A stretch of 64,000 bases of DNA, from positions 12,605 through 76,604 of the forward strand of contig JBGCFM010000097.1 in assembly GCA_045106895.1 (NCBI GenBank), written 5' to 3'. Within the stretch, counting starts at the first letter, position 1; every line of letters begins with the position of its first letter. Of the stretch, positions 1 to 10,425 are shown in pieces. The translations under genes and the position numbers were made by a program. Origin of the DNA: Polyangiales bacterium. Lineage in GTDB: Bacteria; Myxococcota_A; Polyangia; Polyangiales; Houyiibacteriaceae. The notes below the pieces were generated by a model. The model did not search any database and was not told the origin of the DNA. It saw nothing but the letters and a program-made list of their open reading frames with translations.

Positions 1-399
1 CTCAAAATCGTTTGCCTCGCCGTCTGCGCCCACCTCGCCTTGACGCGAGTACGTGATGAGCATGCAGCGATCTTCAATCCCGTCTTCCGGCAGCGCCGGA
101 AAACGCGCTTCGAGGGAAAGCATGTCCGCTCCCTGACCGCCCTGGACTTTTTCGACTTCTTGGTTCGCGACGAGGGGAGTCCATACACGAGTGCTGCTGC
201 TCTCTTGCACCCAAACTCCTAGCTCCAAGACCCGGGTTTCCGTCGCCAAACCAGGTGTCACCTCGCACGGTGGTGGCGGCTCGGGCTCAGGCCCCAAGCA
301 GCCCATCAGGGACATCGATTCAAGGGCAACGAGACACGATAAGAGCAGGCCAAGGGACACAGAACAGGCGCGGCGGGTGACACTGGGTAGCTTGCTCAT
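1..399 (-). CDS. Putative lipoprotein, partial (runs off window start)
   Basis: Own translation from ATG 399: MSKLPSVTRRACSVSLGLLLSCLVALESMSLMGCLGPEPEPPPPCEV...VQGGQGADML...; open to base 1; not in ORF track. Confidence 0.6.
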   Translation of the reverse strand, partial: MSKLPSVTRRACSVSLGLLLSCLVALESMSLMGCLGPEPEPPPPCEVTPGLATETRVLELGVWVQESSSTRVWTPLVANQEVEKVQGGQGADMLSLEARFPALPEDGIEDRCMLITYSRQGEVGADGEANDFE

Positions 400-518
400 C
401 GGGTTCAAGATGCCCTAGTTGGTGAGAGTCCACAATACTTCGGCGCCGGCGCTCGTCGCCAGACGCGAGGTTCGACGCAACGTTTCTGGCGGTCCCGCCA
501 CCTCAAGCCTACGATGCC

Positions 519-1481
519 TTGATGAAGATGATTCAGGTAGCCGTGGCCGTCCTATGTGCACTCGGATGCGGCGATGATTCGGCGGGGCCTGATGCCGGCT
601 TTGACGCGTCCGCGGAGCTCGACGCCGGGAGCGATGCAGGACCTGACGATGTCGGCGTAGACGTTGGCGAAGACGTCCCCTCCGTCGACGCGGGGCCTAG
701 CTTTGTCGGAGGCGACCGCCCTGCAATGTTCTCCGTTCCTAGCGACTACAACCCCGCCGAGCCCACCCCCTTGCTCATCCTCCTGCACGGCTTCGGCGCC
801 AGCGGCCCTCTCCAGGACGTCTACTTCAACACGCAGCTGCGGGCCTCTCAACACGGTATGCTTCTCGTCTACCCCGACGGGACGGAGAACAGAGACGGCA
901 GCCTCTATTGGCATGCACCCGAAACATGCTGCAACCCCGTGGACGAGAGCCCCGACGACGTGGCGTACATCGTCTCGCTCATCGAAGAGATGGACGAACT
1001 CTTCAACGTCGATCGCGATCGCGTCTACCTCTACGGCCACAGCAATGGAGCGTTCATGAGCTACCGCGTGGCTTGTGAAGCGCCGGAAGAGGTCACAGCC
1101 ATCGTGTCTCTCGCGGGCTCGACACCCATCAACGACGCCGACTGCGCTCCTTCCCTCGCGACGAGCGTGTTGCAGATTCACGGCACCAACGACGAGAGAA
1201 TCCCCCTCGAAGGCGGAGAGATCTTCGGCGTCCCCTTCCCGAGCGTTTCAGAGACCCTCGCTCGTCACGCGACGATCGCGGGATGCGGCGACACCGTCGA
1301 CGGCGACCCCTTTGAGTTCACGTACCCCGAAGGCACACAGACACAGGTCTCCCGCTACGAAGGATGTGACGAAGGGCTGGGCGTCGAGCTCTGGACCATC
1401 GAAGACGGCGGGCACATCCCGGGGCTTCGCTTCGATGCGACGGACAACGTCTTGACGTGGCTCGAGCAGTGGTCGCGCTAA
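519..1481 (+). CDS. Secreted alpha/beta hydrolase, PHB depolymerase/LpqC-like esterase lipoprotein
   Basis: Lipobox ALGC, DAG linker, LLHGFG oxyanion motif, GHSNG nucleophile, HGTND, GGH. Confidence 0.85.
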   Translation: MMKMIQVAVAVLCALGCGDDSAGPDAGFDASAELDAGSDAGPDDVGVDVGEDVPSVDAGPSFVGGDRPAMFSVPSDYNPAEPTPLLILLHGFGASGPLQDVYFNTQLRASQHGMLLVYPDGTENRDGSLYWHAPETCCNPVDESPDDVAYIVSLIEEMDELFNVDRDRVYLYGHSNGAFMSYRVACEAPEEVTAIVSLAGSTPINDADCAPSLATSVLQIHGTNDERIPLEGGEIFGVPFPSVSETLARHATIAGCGDTVDGDPFEFTYPEGTQTQVSRYEGCDEGLGVELWTIEDGGHIPGLRFDATDNVLTWLEQWSR

Positions 1482-1500
1482 ACGCGTCGACCTGCTCTGC

Positions 1501-1923
1501 TCACTCCTCGTCGTCGACCGATTTCGGGGCTTCAACGTCCCATTCCGGCGCGTCCCATGCCGGCGCGTCGCCCCCCCATTCCTCCTCTTCGTCGACGGAT
1601 TCCGACGCTTCGCTCCCGGGGGCTGTCTGCGCCTTGAGCGCGCGCTTCAGCCGCACTCCGGGCTTTGCCAAGATCTCCACATAAACGTGGCTGCACCCCT
1701 CCGCCGAAAAGGCGTCCATGCGTGGCACGATCTCGGCGACGTGTACCGGCTCGGCGGCGTCCTCGGATGGACCGATTCGGCAATCAAAGTCCCAATAGTC
1801 GACGCCCTCCGGTAGCGGCTTTCGTCGCTCGCGCTTCAGATACTTCCGAACTCGGTTCTTCAGCGCTGCAAGGGCCTGGGCAGGCTTGTGTTTGGGGTGG
1901 GCGAAGGGAAATGTCTGGCGCAT
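1501..1923 (-). CDS. DUF6172-like conserved protein
   Basis: MRQTFPFAHPKHKP...VRKYLKRERRKPLPEGVDYWDFDC...YVEILAKPG; start trimmed to ATG 1923. Confidence 0.75.
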   Translation of the reverse strand: MRQTFPFAHPKHKPAQALAALKNRVRKYLKRERRKPLPEGVDYWDFDCRIGPSEDAAEPVHVAEIVPRMDAFSAEGCSHVYVEILAKPGVRLKRALKAQTAPGSEASESVDEEEEWGGDAPAWDAPEWDVEAPKSVDDEE

Positions 1924-2052
1924 GGGTTCGAGGGGATATCGCTTCGCCCACGGACGTGCCACGCCATTCTGTGCCTGCAGAGACAATAGGCGGCGGAAGC
2001 AAGGCGGCAGCCCTCGCGCCCCGGCAAGATTGGCCTTACTCTTCGTAGAGCG

Positions 2053-3261
2053 ATGCGGCTCTCATTCACTCTGTGCTTTTTGTCGGTGGGCCTCTTGGCC
2101 TGCGACGGAACCCCACAGCACCGCGTCGACTTTGCGAGCGGCGAAGAGCTGGGAGCGGTCCGCATCACAGAGCGGAGCGTCGTGGACATCGGCCTCACGA
2201 ACACAGGCCAGCAGCCCGTCACCCTTGAGGGCGTCGGACTCGAGCTGGGCCACAGCGGCACAATCGGCATCGACGCCAGCGTCACGGACTGTGTGCCGGG
2301 CCTCACCCTCGCCGTCGGGCAAGGCTGCTCTATCGGCGTCGCCTTCGAGCCGGGAAACGACATCACCTACCGCGACTCTCTGCACGTCGACTACCGCCCC
2401 GAAAACGGGATCGCGGCTTTTCGCACGACGCTCTCGGTGAGCGGTCTCGGCGTCCTCGATTGCTCGTTACGCGAAGACTACATGAGCTCCTTCGAGATGG
2501 GCAGCGCGGACGCCGAAGCTCAGATCGCCCTCGATATCGTCGAAGCGACGGCGGCCGGCGAGGCGCTCACTGGCGACGATGGATACACAGATGGCTACGA
2601 CGATTCTTATGACGTGGCGTACGACTCGGCCTTCGATTCAGCCTACGACGAGGGGCGCGGCCAAGGCTACGAGGATGGGTACGCTGAAGGCGCATCCGCC
2701 GCCGCCTGCCTCGAAGGAGAGCTCGATGGATACGCCGACGGTTCCGACGCTGGACTCGAGGACGGCGAGGAAGACGGCCTGCTCGAGGGCGACGACCAGG
2801 GGTATGACGACGGCTACGCCAACGGCCGATTGGATGGAGAGGACGACACTTGCTTCGTCGAGAAGGTCGACCTCGACCCCAGCTTGCCAGGCAAATGTAC
2901 GCTCCAGGGCTACGACGCCACGTACTCTCGCGGCCCCTACAACGCAGCCTTTGAGGCGGCCGTCGCGGCGAACGCCGCCTACCAGGACGGGCTCTCGCTC
3001 GGAGAACAAGATGGCATGATCGCGGGGCAGGCCGACGGGAGCAGCGAAGGCTTCGCTGACGGGTACCGAGACGGCGCCGACCTTGGCTTCGCCGATGGCG
3101 ACGCCGACGAGTACGAGGCTTGCTACGCCCTCGCTACGGACGAGGGATACGAAGACGGATACCTCAGCGCCTACGATGAGTTCTTCAACGCTGCGTATGA
3201 AGACGCGTACGCGGATGGCTACGAAGATGGATACGCGGCGGGCTCCCTTGAGTGCTTCTGA
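2053..3261 (+). CDS. Acidic lipoprotein: Ig-like domain plus long D-G-Y-x tetrad repeats
   Basis: Lipobox LLAC; beta-rich N-domain (LTNTGQQPVTL...GCSIGVAFEP); many DGY/EGY/DAY repeats. Confidence 0.75.
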   Translation: MRLSFTLCFLSVGLLACDGTPQHRVDFASGEELGAVRITERSVVDIGLTNTGQQPVTLEGVGLELGHSGTIGIDASVTDCVPGLTLAVGQGCSIGVAFEPGNDITYRDSLHVDYRPENGIAAFRTTLSVSGLGVLDCSLREDYMSSFEMGSADAEAQIALDIVEATAAGEALTGDDGYTDGYDDSYDVAYDSAFDSAYDEGRGQGYEDGYAEGASAAACLEGELDGYADGSDAGLEDGEEDGLLEGDDQGYDDGYANGRLDGEDDTCFVEKVDLDPSLPGKCTLQGYDATYSRGPYNAAFEAAVAANAAYQDGLSLGEQDGMIAGQADGSSEGFADGYRDGADLGFADGDADEYEACYALATDEGYEDGYLSAYDEFFNAAYEDAYADGYEDGYAAGSLECF

Positions 3262-4811
3262 GCGGTCGGTGGCTCGGCGCACGCAACAGACGAAGTAGCG
3301 TCGATCTGGAGCGGAAGTCGAACGACGAAGGTCGTTCCTCCGCCCAAGCTCGTCTCACAGAAAAGCTCACCCCCGTGTCGATCAATGATCGTCTCGCGGC
3401 AGAGCGCGAGCCCCTGCCCCGTTCCTTTGCCAAGCGCTTTCGTCGTAAAAAACGGATCGTAGATGCGCTGTAGAACGTGATCTGGAATCCCCGGACCGTT
3501 GTCCGTGATGTGAACTTCAGCGTGGTCGTCGACGGCCTGAGTCTTGATGTGAAGCCGGCCAGCGCCGGAGTCCCCGTGTTCATCGCCGAGAGCGTGAGTC
3601 GCGTTGATGACCAGGTTGAGGAAACACTGCTTTAGAGGCCCCGCAAGGCAGGGCACTTCAGGTATGTCGCCGAGCTCCAGTTCAACCTCCGCCACGTCCT
3701 TCCATTCCCCCCTTGAGACGCGCACCGTGGCGGTGATCGCTTTGTTCAAATCGACGGGCTCCTTTTCGTCGTCGGAGCCGGGATGTGAAAAGTACTTCAT
3801 CGCGCTCACCACTTCGGCCGCGCGCTCGACTCCTTCGATGCACGAATCGATGGCCGGCAACATCGACTTCTCGAGGAACCCGAACTTCCCTCGTTTCTTG
3901 ATCTTCTCCAACTCGGCGGTGAGCTCAGGGGCTTTGAGCGCGACGAGTTCGTCGTACTTGGAGACCACATCCATGATGCGCGGGTTTGCTTTCCGCAGAA
4001 AACGAACGTTGTCTCCGATGTACTGGAGCGGCGTATTGATCTCGTGCGCAATGCCCGCGGCTAGCTGGCCGATGGATTCCAGCTTCTGAGACTGAACCAG
4101 CTGTGCCTCGAGGAGCTTTCGTTCCGTCGAGTCGCGGATAACGACCACAAGCCGGTTCGCGATGGCGGGCGAGACGCTGAGCTCAAACCAGGTGGAGGCG
4201 GCGATGCACACTTCGCGACGAACAAGCGCCTTGGACCGAGCGGCGTCCTCCCCGGCAGCTCGAATCGCTTGCGCTAGTTCTGTACCAAAGAGTGACTCGA
4301 GCGATTGCACGTCATCTGCCCCCACGACCTCCCTGACGCTCGACGCGACACCTGGCCTAAACTCCTCCACTTGGCCGTCGAGGCGCATCAGAACCAGAGT
4401 GTCTGGCATCGCTTCGACGATCGCCCGATGCCGGGCCGCCTCGGCGACTTGCTCGGTCACGTCCGTCATGAGTGTGACAGCTCGCACGGGAGTGGTCGCC
4501 TCGCCCATGATGACAACACCGCGCGCACGAACCCATCGATGGCCGCCGTGGAAGAACTGCATTCGGAACGTCTCATCGAAGGGCCATGCGTCGTCGACAT
4601 GTTCCCTCCAAGCCTCTGCGACGCGGGCTTTGTCGTCGGCATGAACGAGGTCTTGCCAGCTTGATTGCTCCTTCGGAGGCTCGTCGTAGCCGAGCAGCAT
4701 CCAGAAACGTTCCGTGTACGAGACTCCCCCACCCAGAAGGTCATGATCGACGAGACCGTCTTTCGAGGCTGAAAGAACGAGTTCGAGGAGCCCACTGTCG
4801 TTCGTATTCAT
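3219..4811 (-). CDS. PAS-PAS sensor histidine kinase (NtrB-like)
   Basis: PAS (VHADD..RWVRARG), H-box GIAHEINTP, N-box NLVINATHA, G1 DNGPG, F-box PFFTTK, G2 GTGQGL. Confidence 0.93.
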   Translation of the reverse strand: MNTNDSGLLELVLSASKDGLVDHDLLGGGVSYTERFWMLLGYDEPPKEQSSWQDLVHADDKARVAEAWREHVDDAWPFDETFRMQFFHGGHRWVRARGVVIMGEATTPVRAVTLMTDVTEQVAEAARHRAIVEAMPDTLVLMRLDGQVEEFRPGVASSVREVVGADDVQSLESLFGTELAQAIRAAGEDAARSKALVRREVCIAASTWFELSVSPAIANRLVVVIRDSTERKLLEAQLVQSQKLESIGQLAAGIAHEINTPLQYIGDNVRFLRKANPRIMDVVSKYDELVALKAPELTAELEKIKKRGKFGFLEKSMLPAIDSCIEGVERAAEVVSAMKYFSHPGSDDEKEPVDLNKAITATVRVSRGEWKDVAEVELELGDIPEVPCLAGPLKQCFLNLVINATHALGDEHGDSGAGRLHIKTQAVDDHAEVHITDNGPGIPDHVLQRIYDPFFTTKALGKGTGQGLALCRETIIDRHGGELFCETSLGGGTTFVVRLPLQIDATSSVACAEPPTAQKHSREPAAYPSS

Positions 4812-5212
4812 CCGGCTTTGTCTAAGCTGGTCAGTTTCGTGACCGCAGCGAGCAAGAGCTTTGGACGAAAGGGTTTGACCATCCAGCCTTTGGCGCCGGC
4901 CTTCTTCGCCGTGCGAATGAGCTCAGGCTGCCCCTCCGTTGTAAGCAAGATGATCGGAAGGTTCGCATGCTTCGGGTTCGCTTTGACCAAGCGGAGCATC
5001 GCGATCCCGCCCATGCGCGGCATGTTGATGTCGCAGACCACGAGCGAGAGGTCGTCTATCGTCGAGATTTTGCTGTGCCCATCGACACCATCCACGGCCT
5101 CCACGACATCGAATCCACCTTCGGCGAGAACAGACCGAATACACGCCCGCGCGCTCGGAGAGTCATCGACAACTAAAACGGTCTTCTTGTTCATTAAATA
5201 GCTAACTTCCAC
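4808..5212 (-). CDS. CheY-like single-domain response regulator
   Basis: VLVVDDS, CDINMP, LTTE, VKPF; 4-bp overlap with kinase. Confidence 0.92.
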   Translation of the reverse strand: MEVSYLMNKKTVLVVDDSPSARACIRSVLAEGGFDVVEAVDGVDGHSKISTIDDLSLVVCDINMPRMGGIAMLRLVKANPKHANLPIILLTTEGQPELIRTAKKAGAKGWMVKPFRPKLLLAAVTKLTSLDKAG

Positions 5213-6693
5213 TACAGGCAGACAAGCCGCGGGGGCGACTCATGAAGAACAGGCGCGAGATGAGCGACCTCGGACGCGGTCCCGGCGCGCGGCAACGTGA
5301 GGCAGAAAGATGTGCCCACACCGTTCTCACTCTCCACCACGATGGAGCCCCCGAGCTGCACGACCTCGTGGCGATGAGCGGCGGTCCCCACGCCTCTACC
5401 GCTCACGACATCAACGTCGTCACGCGTGGAAACGCCGTCTGTGAACATCGCCTCTTCGAGTTCTTCCCGCGTTGAGTTGGGAATGCCCAAGGCACCTGCG
5501 GTCCTCCGAATGCGTTCCCCACGAGAACGCTCCTGAGGGCAAAAGTCTTCTTCGACCTGGTGAAGGACGGCCGCCACCTCGCGAATATCATGGGAGAGGC
5601 AGTTGCCTTTGATGTGGACGATCCGCAATAGGAGCTCGTCGGGGAGGTCATCATGGATGGAAGCGAACAAACGGTTCGTCTCACCGCTAAACAGACGAAA
5701 GGACTCACTGTCGGTCATCATATGTCCGATGATCGCGTGTGTTTGCCGCTGGATAGCTTCGACCTCACGAAGGGCGATGCTCTCGGACAAATCAGTGAAC
5801 ACGAAAAGAAATCGGTCTTCGGAGACTTCTTTCGCCGCTAAGCCGATCGTCTTCCCGGATGCCTTGAGCTTGAGGCTTAGCTGATCGAGGTGAACTTCGA
5901 TGGGAAAGATGTCGTCGGCGATGTCTTCGAGGATTAGACGAACGCAGTCACCCATCGATGGGTCCGCGGACGAAATCCAATCACCGATGTCATTGCTCTT
6001 AGGGACTGGACCGAGCCAGTCCACGAGCCTCGACGAGTACACAAGACCTACGGCCCCATCGGCGTGAACCGACGCGAAGCCCTGATCGGAATGGTCGAGT
6101 AGAAGACGGGTTTCGGCGCGCCGTCGCTCGAGCCTCTGATGCGCCCGAGTCCGCGCCTTTTCGAAGAGCGCAGCAACTATGTAGCCCATCAAGACCGCAC
6201 CTGTTCGGGAACCCGCATAGACCGCGATGGGACCCGACGCCGGATCCCACGAGTGAGCGCTCGCGTAGGCAAGCATAGGGTTGAGGCAAGCGAATACGCC
6301 GGTCCAGAAGAGAGCCGCCCGAGGGCCCAACAAGAGCACCGCCATCACCGGACCCAGCGCTAACCACCCCGCCGGTGATGAGCTGAGGCCTCCCTTCAGA
6401 AGAGAGGCCGCCATGAGCCCCGAGCTCATGGCCAAGAGGAGGAAATGGGCGGCGTAGCTTCGTTTGAAGCGAAGCGCGACCCACGGAACCAGGAACAAAC
6501 ACAGCGCACCGAGGACAACCTCAACGAGGGCCGTGCGCGGCTTCGTTGTTATGTTGATAAGCCCGAATAGGACCGAACAGAGGGACCCGATTGTACAGAA
6601 GAGCACCGTTAGTACGCGCCGGCGCGTCTCATCGGGTGTCAGCCCAAGGGGCTCTGCTTTGTTCGCGATCCTCCGGCTGAACGACATCTCCAT
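5212..6693 (-). pseudogene. Membrane-bound CheA-like (TM-PAS-like-Hpt-HATPase) gene with internal in-frame deletions
   Basis: 5-6 TM helices; Hpt VHIKGN (canonical HTIKG); jumps directly to FTDGVST...SGRGVG...LGGSIVVES with no N-box or G1 box. Confidence 0.65.
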
Positions 6694-6824
6694 ACTTAGT
6701 GATCCTTTGCTCTGTCCACAGGGGAGAGAGCCGGTCCCTACGCAATCGGTGCATTTGGCCAACTCTTGAAGGGCTGGCCGCGCGCGCTTTGCTCGTCACT
6801 TCTAGAACAAGACTACGAGCAGCG

Positions 6825-8210
6825 TCATTCTTCGTATGAAAACACGCCGAGCAGATCTTCGCTGCTGGAGATGTACGTGCGCTCGCCACTTCCCCCTTGT
6901 TCACGCCAACTGTATGCGCGGAACTGGTAGACCATCCCGCTTTCGAACGAGAGCTCCAGTGGGTACTCCACGTTGTCAGAACCGTTCACCCGAGGAACGT
7001 CGAGGTCCTCGAACACCAAGTCGCCGAACGCGTTGTAGACGCGCAACTCGTAGCCGTCCTCCGACGAGTCGTCCGCCCACATGAGCGTGGGAGCTGCCGT
7101 GATTCTCTCTAGGCCTTCGGCTCCTGGCGAAACGACGCGGAGGGCTTCCGTCACCTTGAACGATGTGTCCAGGGTGATGTCCTCTGCGGCAACGTCGATG
7201 AATACGATGTCGGTTCCAGAGATGCCTTCGTCGGGGTCGCGAACCAGAAAGTCATTCTCAAACGCGGCCAATACCGCGTAGCGACCGGGCGCTACAGACT
7301 CGATTTCGAAGGCACCAGTCACAGGCGCCGCGCGAAGTCCGGCCACAGCTTCTCCGCGAATCGCCGTCGCGTCGAAGGTCTCCTCCGGTACAAGAATCAC
7401 CGACGTCTCCGCACCTCCTGGAGCATTCACGATGCTGATGGAGCCAGAGACAGTAGCAAGCCTCGCGCTGTCCGTTACGAGCACGATGTTGTCTGCTGGT
7501 GAGTCCACATCCTGTGGAACGATGCTGATGCCCTCGCGATAACCTCGAACAGTGGTTTCGCCGCTCGGTACGTTGAAGAGAAGAAACTCTCCGTTCCGAC
7601 TCGTGACCGACGTTGAAACAGACGTTCCCCCTTGGATCGCGACGATGAGAACCCCGCCGGCCTCGGGGTGGTCGACGCGACCCATGATCGTGCTGTCTTC
7701 GGCACCTAACGGGATGAGAGCGACGTCTGTCGTCGCATCTTGGACGACGTAGCCCTCCTCTTCTCGGAGCATCCATGCCCCGAGATCGATGGGCAGAGCG
7801 ACTCGTGGGCCAGATGGGAACGTCTGATATCGAGCCGCGTCCACTCGTAGTGTCACAGCCCCCAGTTCGGCACCCGGCTCCCCCTCTTCGCTACGCTCGA
7901 CAGCGACCGGTAGCGAATAGCGGCCGGCTGCGTCGCTCCGGGCGACGTCCGAACGCGCTGCACCATTGGCGTCGCGCGCGATAATGCGAGCTCCCTCAAC
8001 GGGTGCGCCGCTGAGAGCGTCACTGATCGTGCCTTGGAGGACAAAGGTCTCCACGCACGCGAACGTGCCACTCGGAAGTCCTGCACAAACCTGAGCCCCC
8101 TCGCAAGACTCTGGTGCGTTGGGATCGCACGCCTCCTCTTCGGAGCCGCAGGCGAGGGTCATTGCAAGGAACAAGGCGAAGAGGGGCCCGAAGGTCATTT
8201 TGTTGGTCAT
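6825..8210 (-). CDS. Lipoprotein with carboxypeptidase-regulatory-like beta-sandwich repeats
   Basis: Lipobox TLAC, Cys-rich N-term, GTISDALSGAPVEGARI...SDAAGRYSL. Confidence 0.75.
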   Translation of the reverse strand: MTNKMTFGPLFALFLAMTLACGSEEEACDPNAPESCEGAQVCAGLPSGTFACVETFVLQGTISDALSGAPVEGARIIARDANGAARSDVARSDAAGRYSLPVAVERSEEGEPGAELGAVTLRVDAARYQTFPSGPRVALPIDLGAWMLREEEGYVVQDATTDVALIPLGAEDSTIMGRVDHPEAGGVLIVAIQGGTSVSTSVTSRNGEFLLFNVPSGETTVRGYREGISIVPQDVDSPADNIVLVTDSARLATVSGSISIVNAPGGAETSVILVPEETFDATAIRGEAVAGLRAAPVTGAFEIESVAPGRYAVLAAFENDFLVRDPDEGISGTDIVFIDVAAEDITLDTSFKVTEALRVVSPGAEGLERITAAPTLMWADDSSEDGYELRVYNAFGDLVFEDLDVPRVNGSDNVEYPLELSFESGMVYQFRAYSWREQGGSGERTYISSSEDLLGVFSYEE

Positions 8211-8394
8211 AAGTGTCTCCCGACGTGTTCTTTAGAACACGACTCAACCGCCGATGAACAAGACTCAGCGGGCCAAAGACACTGTGCGGATGAGGCACGA
8301 AATCGTCGCAAGAATCTCTGCGAATCGCGAATTCGGCCGAAGGTATAACTCTCTTGCGACGAAAGTGAGTCAGAGCGCCACTGTGTTGGTGTCG

Positions 8395-8913
8395 ATGAAC
8401 GAGACCCCATTGAAACCCTGCCACCTTCTCTTTTTACTATGCATAGCTTGTGGCCCGTCCTGCGAGGATGGGTTCCCTGCCGGCCCTCCCGCACCTGTGG
8501 ACGCCTCAATCGTCGACGCGCCGGCGCCAACGGACGCGACAGCATCCCGCGACGCGACGACGCCAACAGACGCTGGAGGGCCCGACGACGTTCTGATCGC
8601 GCCCGACGTCACCAGCGACTCAGGTCCCCCCGCTGACGCCTCGACGAGCGATGGAGGCACTTGTGACGCACCGAGAATCATGTGCGGCGACACGTGCGTC
8701 GATCCCACGACGAGTTCTGTACACTGCGGCGCGTGTGATGCGGCTTGTGGCATGGGCATCGCGTGCACGGAGAGCGTTTGTGCGCAGTGCCCGGTAGGGG
8801 AAGCTCTGTGCGCGGGTATGTGTGTTGACGTGCAGTCCAGTCAGGTTCACTGCGGGCGCTGCGGCAATCGCTGCATCATGGGGCGAAGGTGCGACGCGGG
8901 AGAATGCACATGA
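8395..8913 (+). CDS. Cys-rich lipoprotein (MXAN_6577-like repeats)
   Basis: IACG lipobox, DA-rich linker, CVDPTTSSVHCGAC and CVDVQSSQVHCGRC repeats; start uncertain. Confidence 0.75.
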   Translation: MNETPLKPCHLLFLLCIACGPSCEDGFPAGPPAPVDASIVDAPAPTDATASRDATTPTDAGGPDDVLIAPDVTSDSGPPADASTSDGGTCDAPRIMCGDTCVDPTTSSVHCGACDAACGMGIACTESVCAQCPVGEALCAGMCVDVQSSQVHCGRCGNRCIMGRRCDAGECT

Positions 8914-10376
8914 AAGTGCGTACGAGTCTGCTCGCGATGATCGCCCCCATCGTGGTCGCTTGCTACCCGAGCGTTGGGCCTTGCGACGAGGCCGCTGCAC
9001 GACAAGTGTACGTATCTGATGATGCGGAAGGAGAACCCGCTTACGGAGGACAAGCGCTTATCACCCAGTCCTGCGGTGATGGAAGCTTCTGTCACGCGTC
9101 GAGCGCCCTTGGCGCAGACCGCTTCGGCACCCCCCAAGGGCTCAACTTTGACCTTCGCCTTGCGACGAATGACGTTGATACGGAACGGCTACGAGCGGAC
9201 CAACTCACCACGTTCCGTTGGCGTCGTGCGATCTTGCGAACCCAGCGAAGCGGCAGCATGCCGCCGGGTCTTCAGGGCGCGGAAATCGTGGCCCTCGGCC
9301 GCCGCTACGTCGACCTGCCTGCGTTGACCAGCGACGAGGGTCAGGAGATCCTGCGTAACTGGCTCGCATGTGGTGCGCCCGTTGTTGAGCGTACGAGCGC
9401 GCGCAGGGAAGGCGTGGTTCCCGTGGGCGCAATTTTGAGTCGCCAAGGCAACTGCGCGACGGGCGAGGCAGAATGCAATGGTCGGTGCGTGAGCGTTCAA
9501 ACAGACGCAACCAACTGTGGCGCATGCGGGGTCGCGTGCGGCGTCGGACAGCCCTGCGCCGATGGCGCGTGCTCCACCGTGTGCTCATCCCCTTTTGAGG
9601 GCTGCAACGACCAATGCGTCGACCTATCCAACAACGCCGAGCACTGTGGTGGCTGCGATGTGAGATGCGGAGAGGGCACCGTTTGCTTCGACTCAGCGTG
9701 CGTCGCAGGGGGGTGTCCCAGCGGCATCACAAACTGCGGGGGCTCATGCGTCGACACGGAAGTCAGCCAGACTCACTGCGGGTCCTGCGGCAATGAGTGC
9801 GCCGGAACTGAATGTGAAGCCGGCGCGTGTGCCTGCGGTGACACCACGTCAGACCCATTCAATTGTGGGTCGTGCGAAAACCAATGCCCCCAGCGAGCGC
9901 TGTGCGAAGACTCCCGCTGCGTTTGCGACGATGGGACCGTGCTCTGCGATGGCGCCTGCGCCGACCTAGCCAACGACGGCTCGAACTGCGGTGCGTGCGG
10001 AGTGAGCTGCGCCGATGGTCAAGTCTGCCGCGACGGGTCGTGTGGTTCTTGCGGAAACGGCGTGTCGTTTGAAAACGATGTACGCCCGATTTTCGACGAC
10101 ACGTGCGCTGGCTCCCTTTGCCACACGCAACGCCGGGCGGCGGGTGACCTCGAACTCGAAGTAGACCCGCATGCGGCGCTCGTCGGCGTGTCCGCAACCT
10201 GCGGCGGGCGAGTGCTCGTCGTCCCTGGAAACCCTTCGGAAAGCTATCTCATGTCGAAGCTACTCGGCATTGAGATGTGTCGGGGCAACTCCATGCCTCT
10301 GAGGGCACCAGCGCTCCCGCCGGAGCAGCTCGCCGTCATCGAAAATTGGATCTGCGGCGGCGCGCCAAACAACTAA
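8910..10376 (+). CDS. Lipoprotein with two cytochrome c-like domains flanking MXAN_6577-like Cys repeats
   Basis: ATGA overlap with upstream gene; CGDGSFCH...MPP...WLACG and CAGSLCH...PGNPSESYL...MPL...WICGG; about 5 CxD..NCGxC repeats. Confidence 0.75.
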   Translation: MKVRTSLLAMIAPIVVACYPSVGPCDEAAARQVYVSDDAEGEPAYGGQALITQSCGDGSFCHASSALGADRFGTPQGLNFDLRLATNDVDTERLRADQLTTFRWRRAILRTQRSGSMPPGLQGAEIVALGRRYVDLPALTSDEGQEILRNWLACGAPVVERTSARREGVVPVGAILSRQGNCATGEAECNGRCVSVQTDATNCGACGVACGVGQPCADGACSTVCSSPFEGCNDQCVDLSNNAEHCGGCDVRCGEGTVCFDSACVAGGCPSGITNCGGSCVDTEVSQTHCGSCGNECAGTECEAGACACGDTTSDPFNCGSCENQCPQRALCEDSRCVCDDGTVLCDGACADLANDGSNCGACGVSCADGQVCRDGSCGSCGNGVSFENDVRPIFDDTCAGSLCHTQRRAAGDLELEVDPHAALVGVSATCGGRVLVVPGNPSESYLMSKLLGIEMCRGNSMPLRAPALPPEQLAVIENWICGGAPNN

Positions 10377-10425
10377 GGACCGCCTAGGACCTTGATCCCG
10401 TGCTTTTCAGCCGCATAAAGGGGAG

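Noticed and set aside
3219..3261. 43-bp convergent overlap of kinase and repeat lipoprotein
   Set aside because: The kinase tail past the ATPase domain looks like an unconstrained extension; common in GC-rich genomes.
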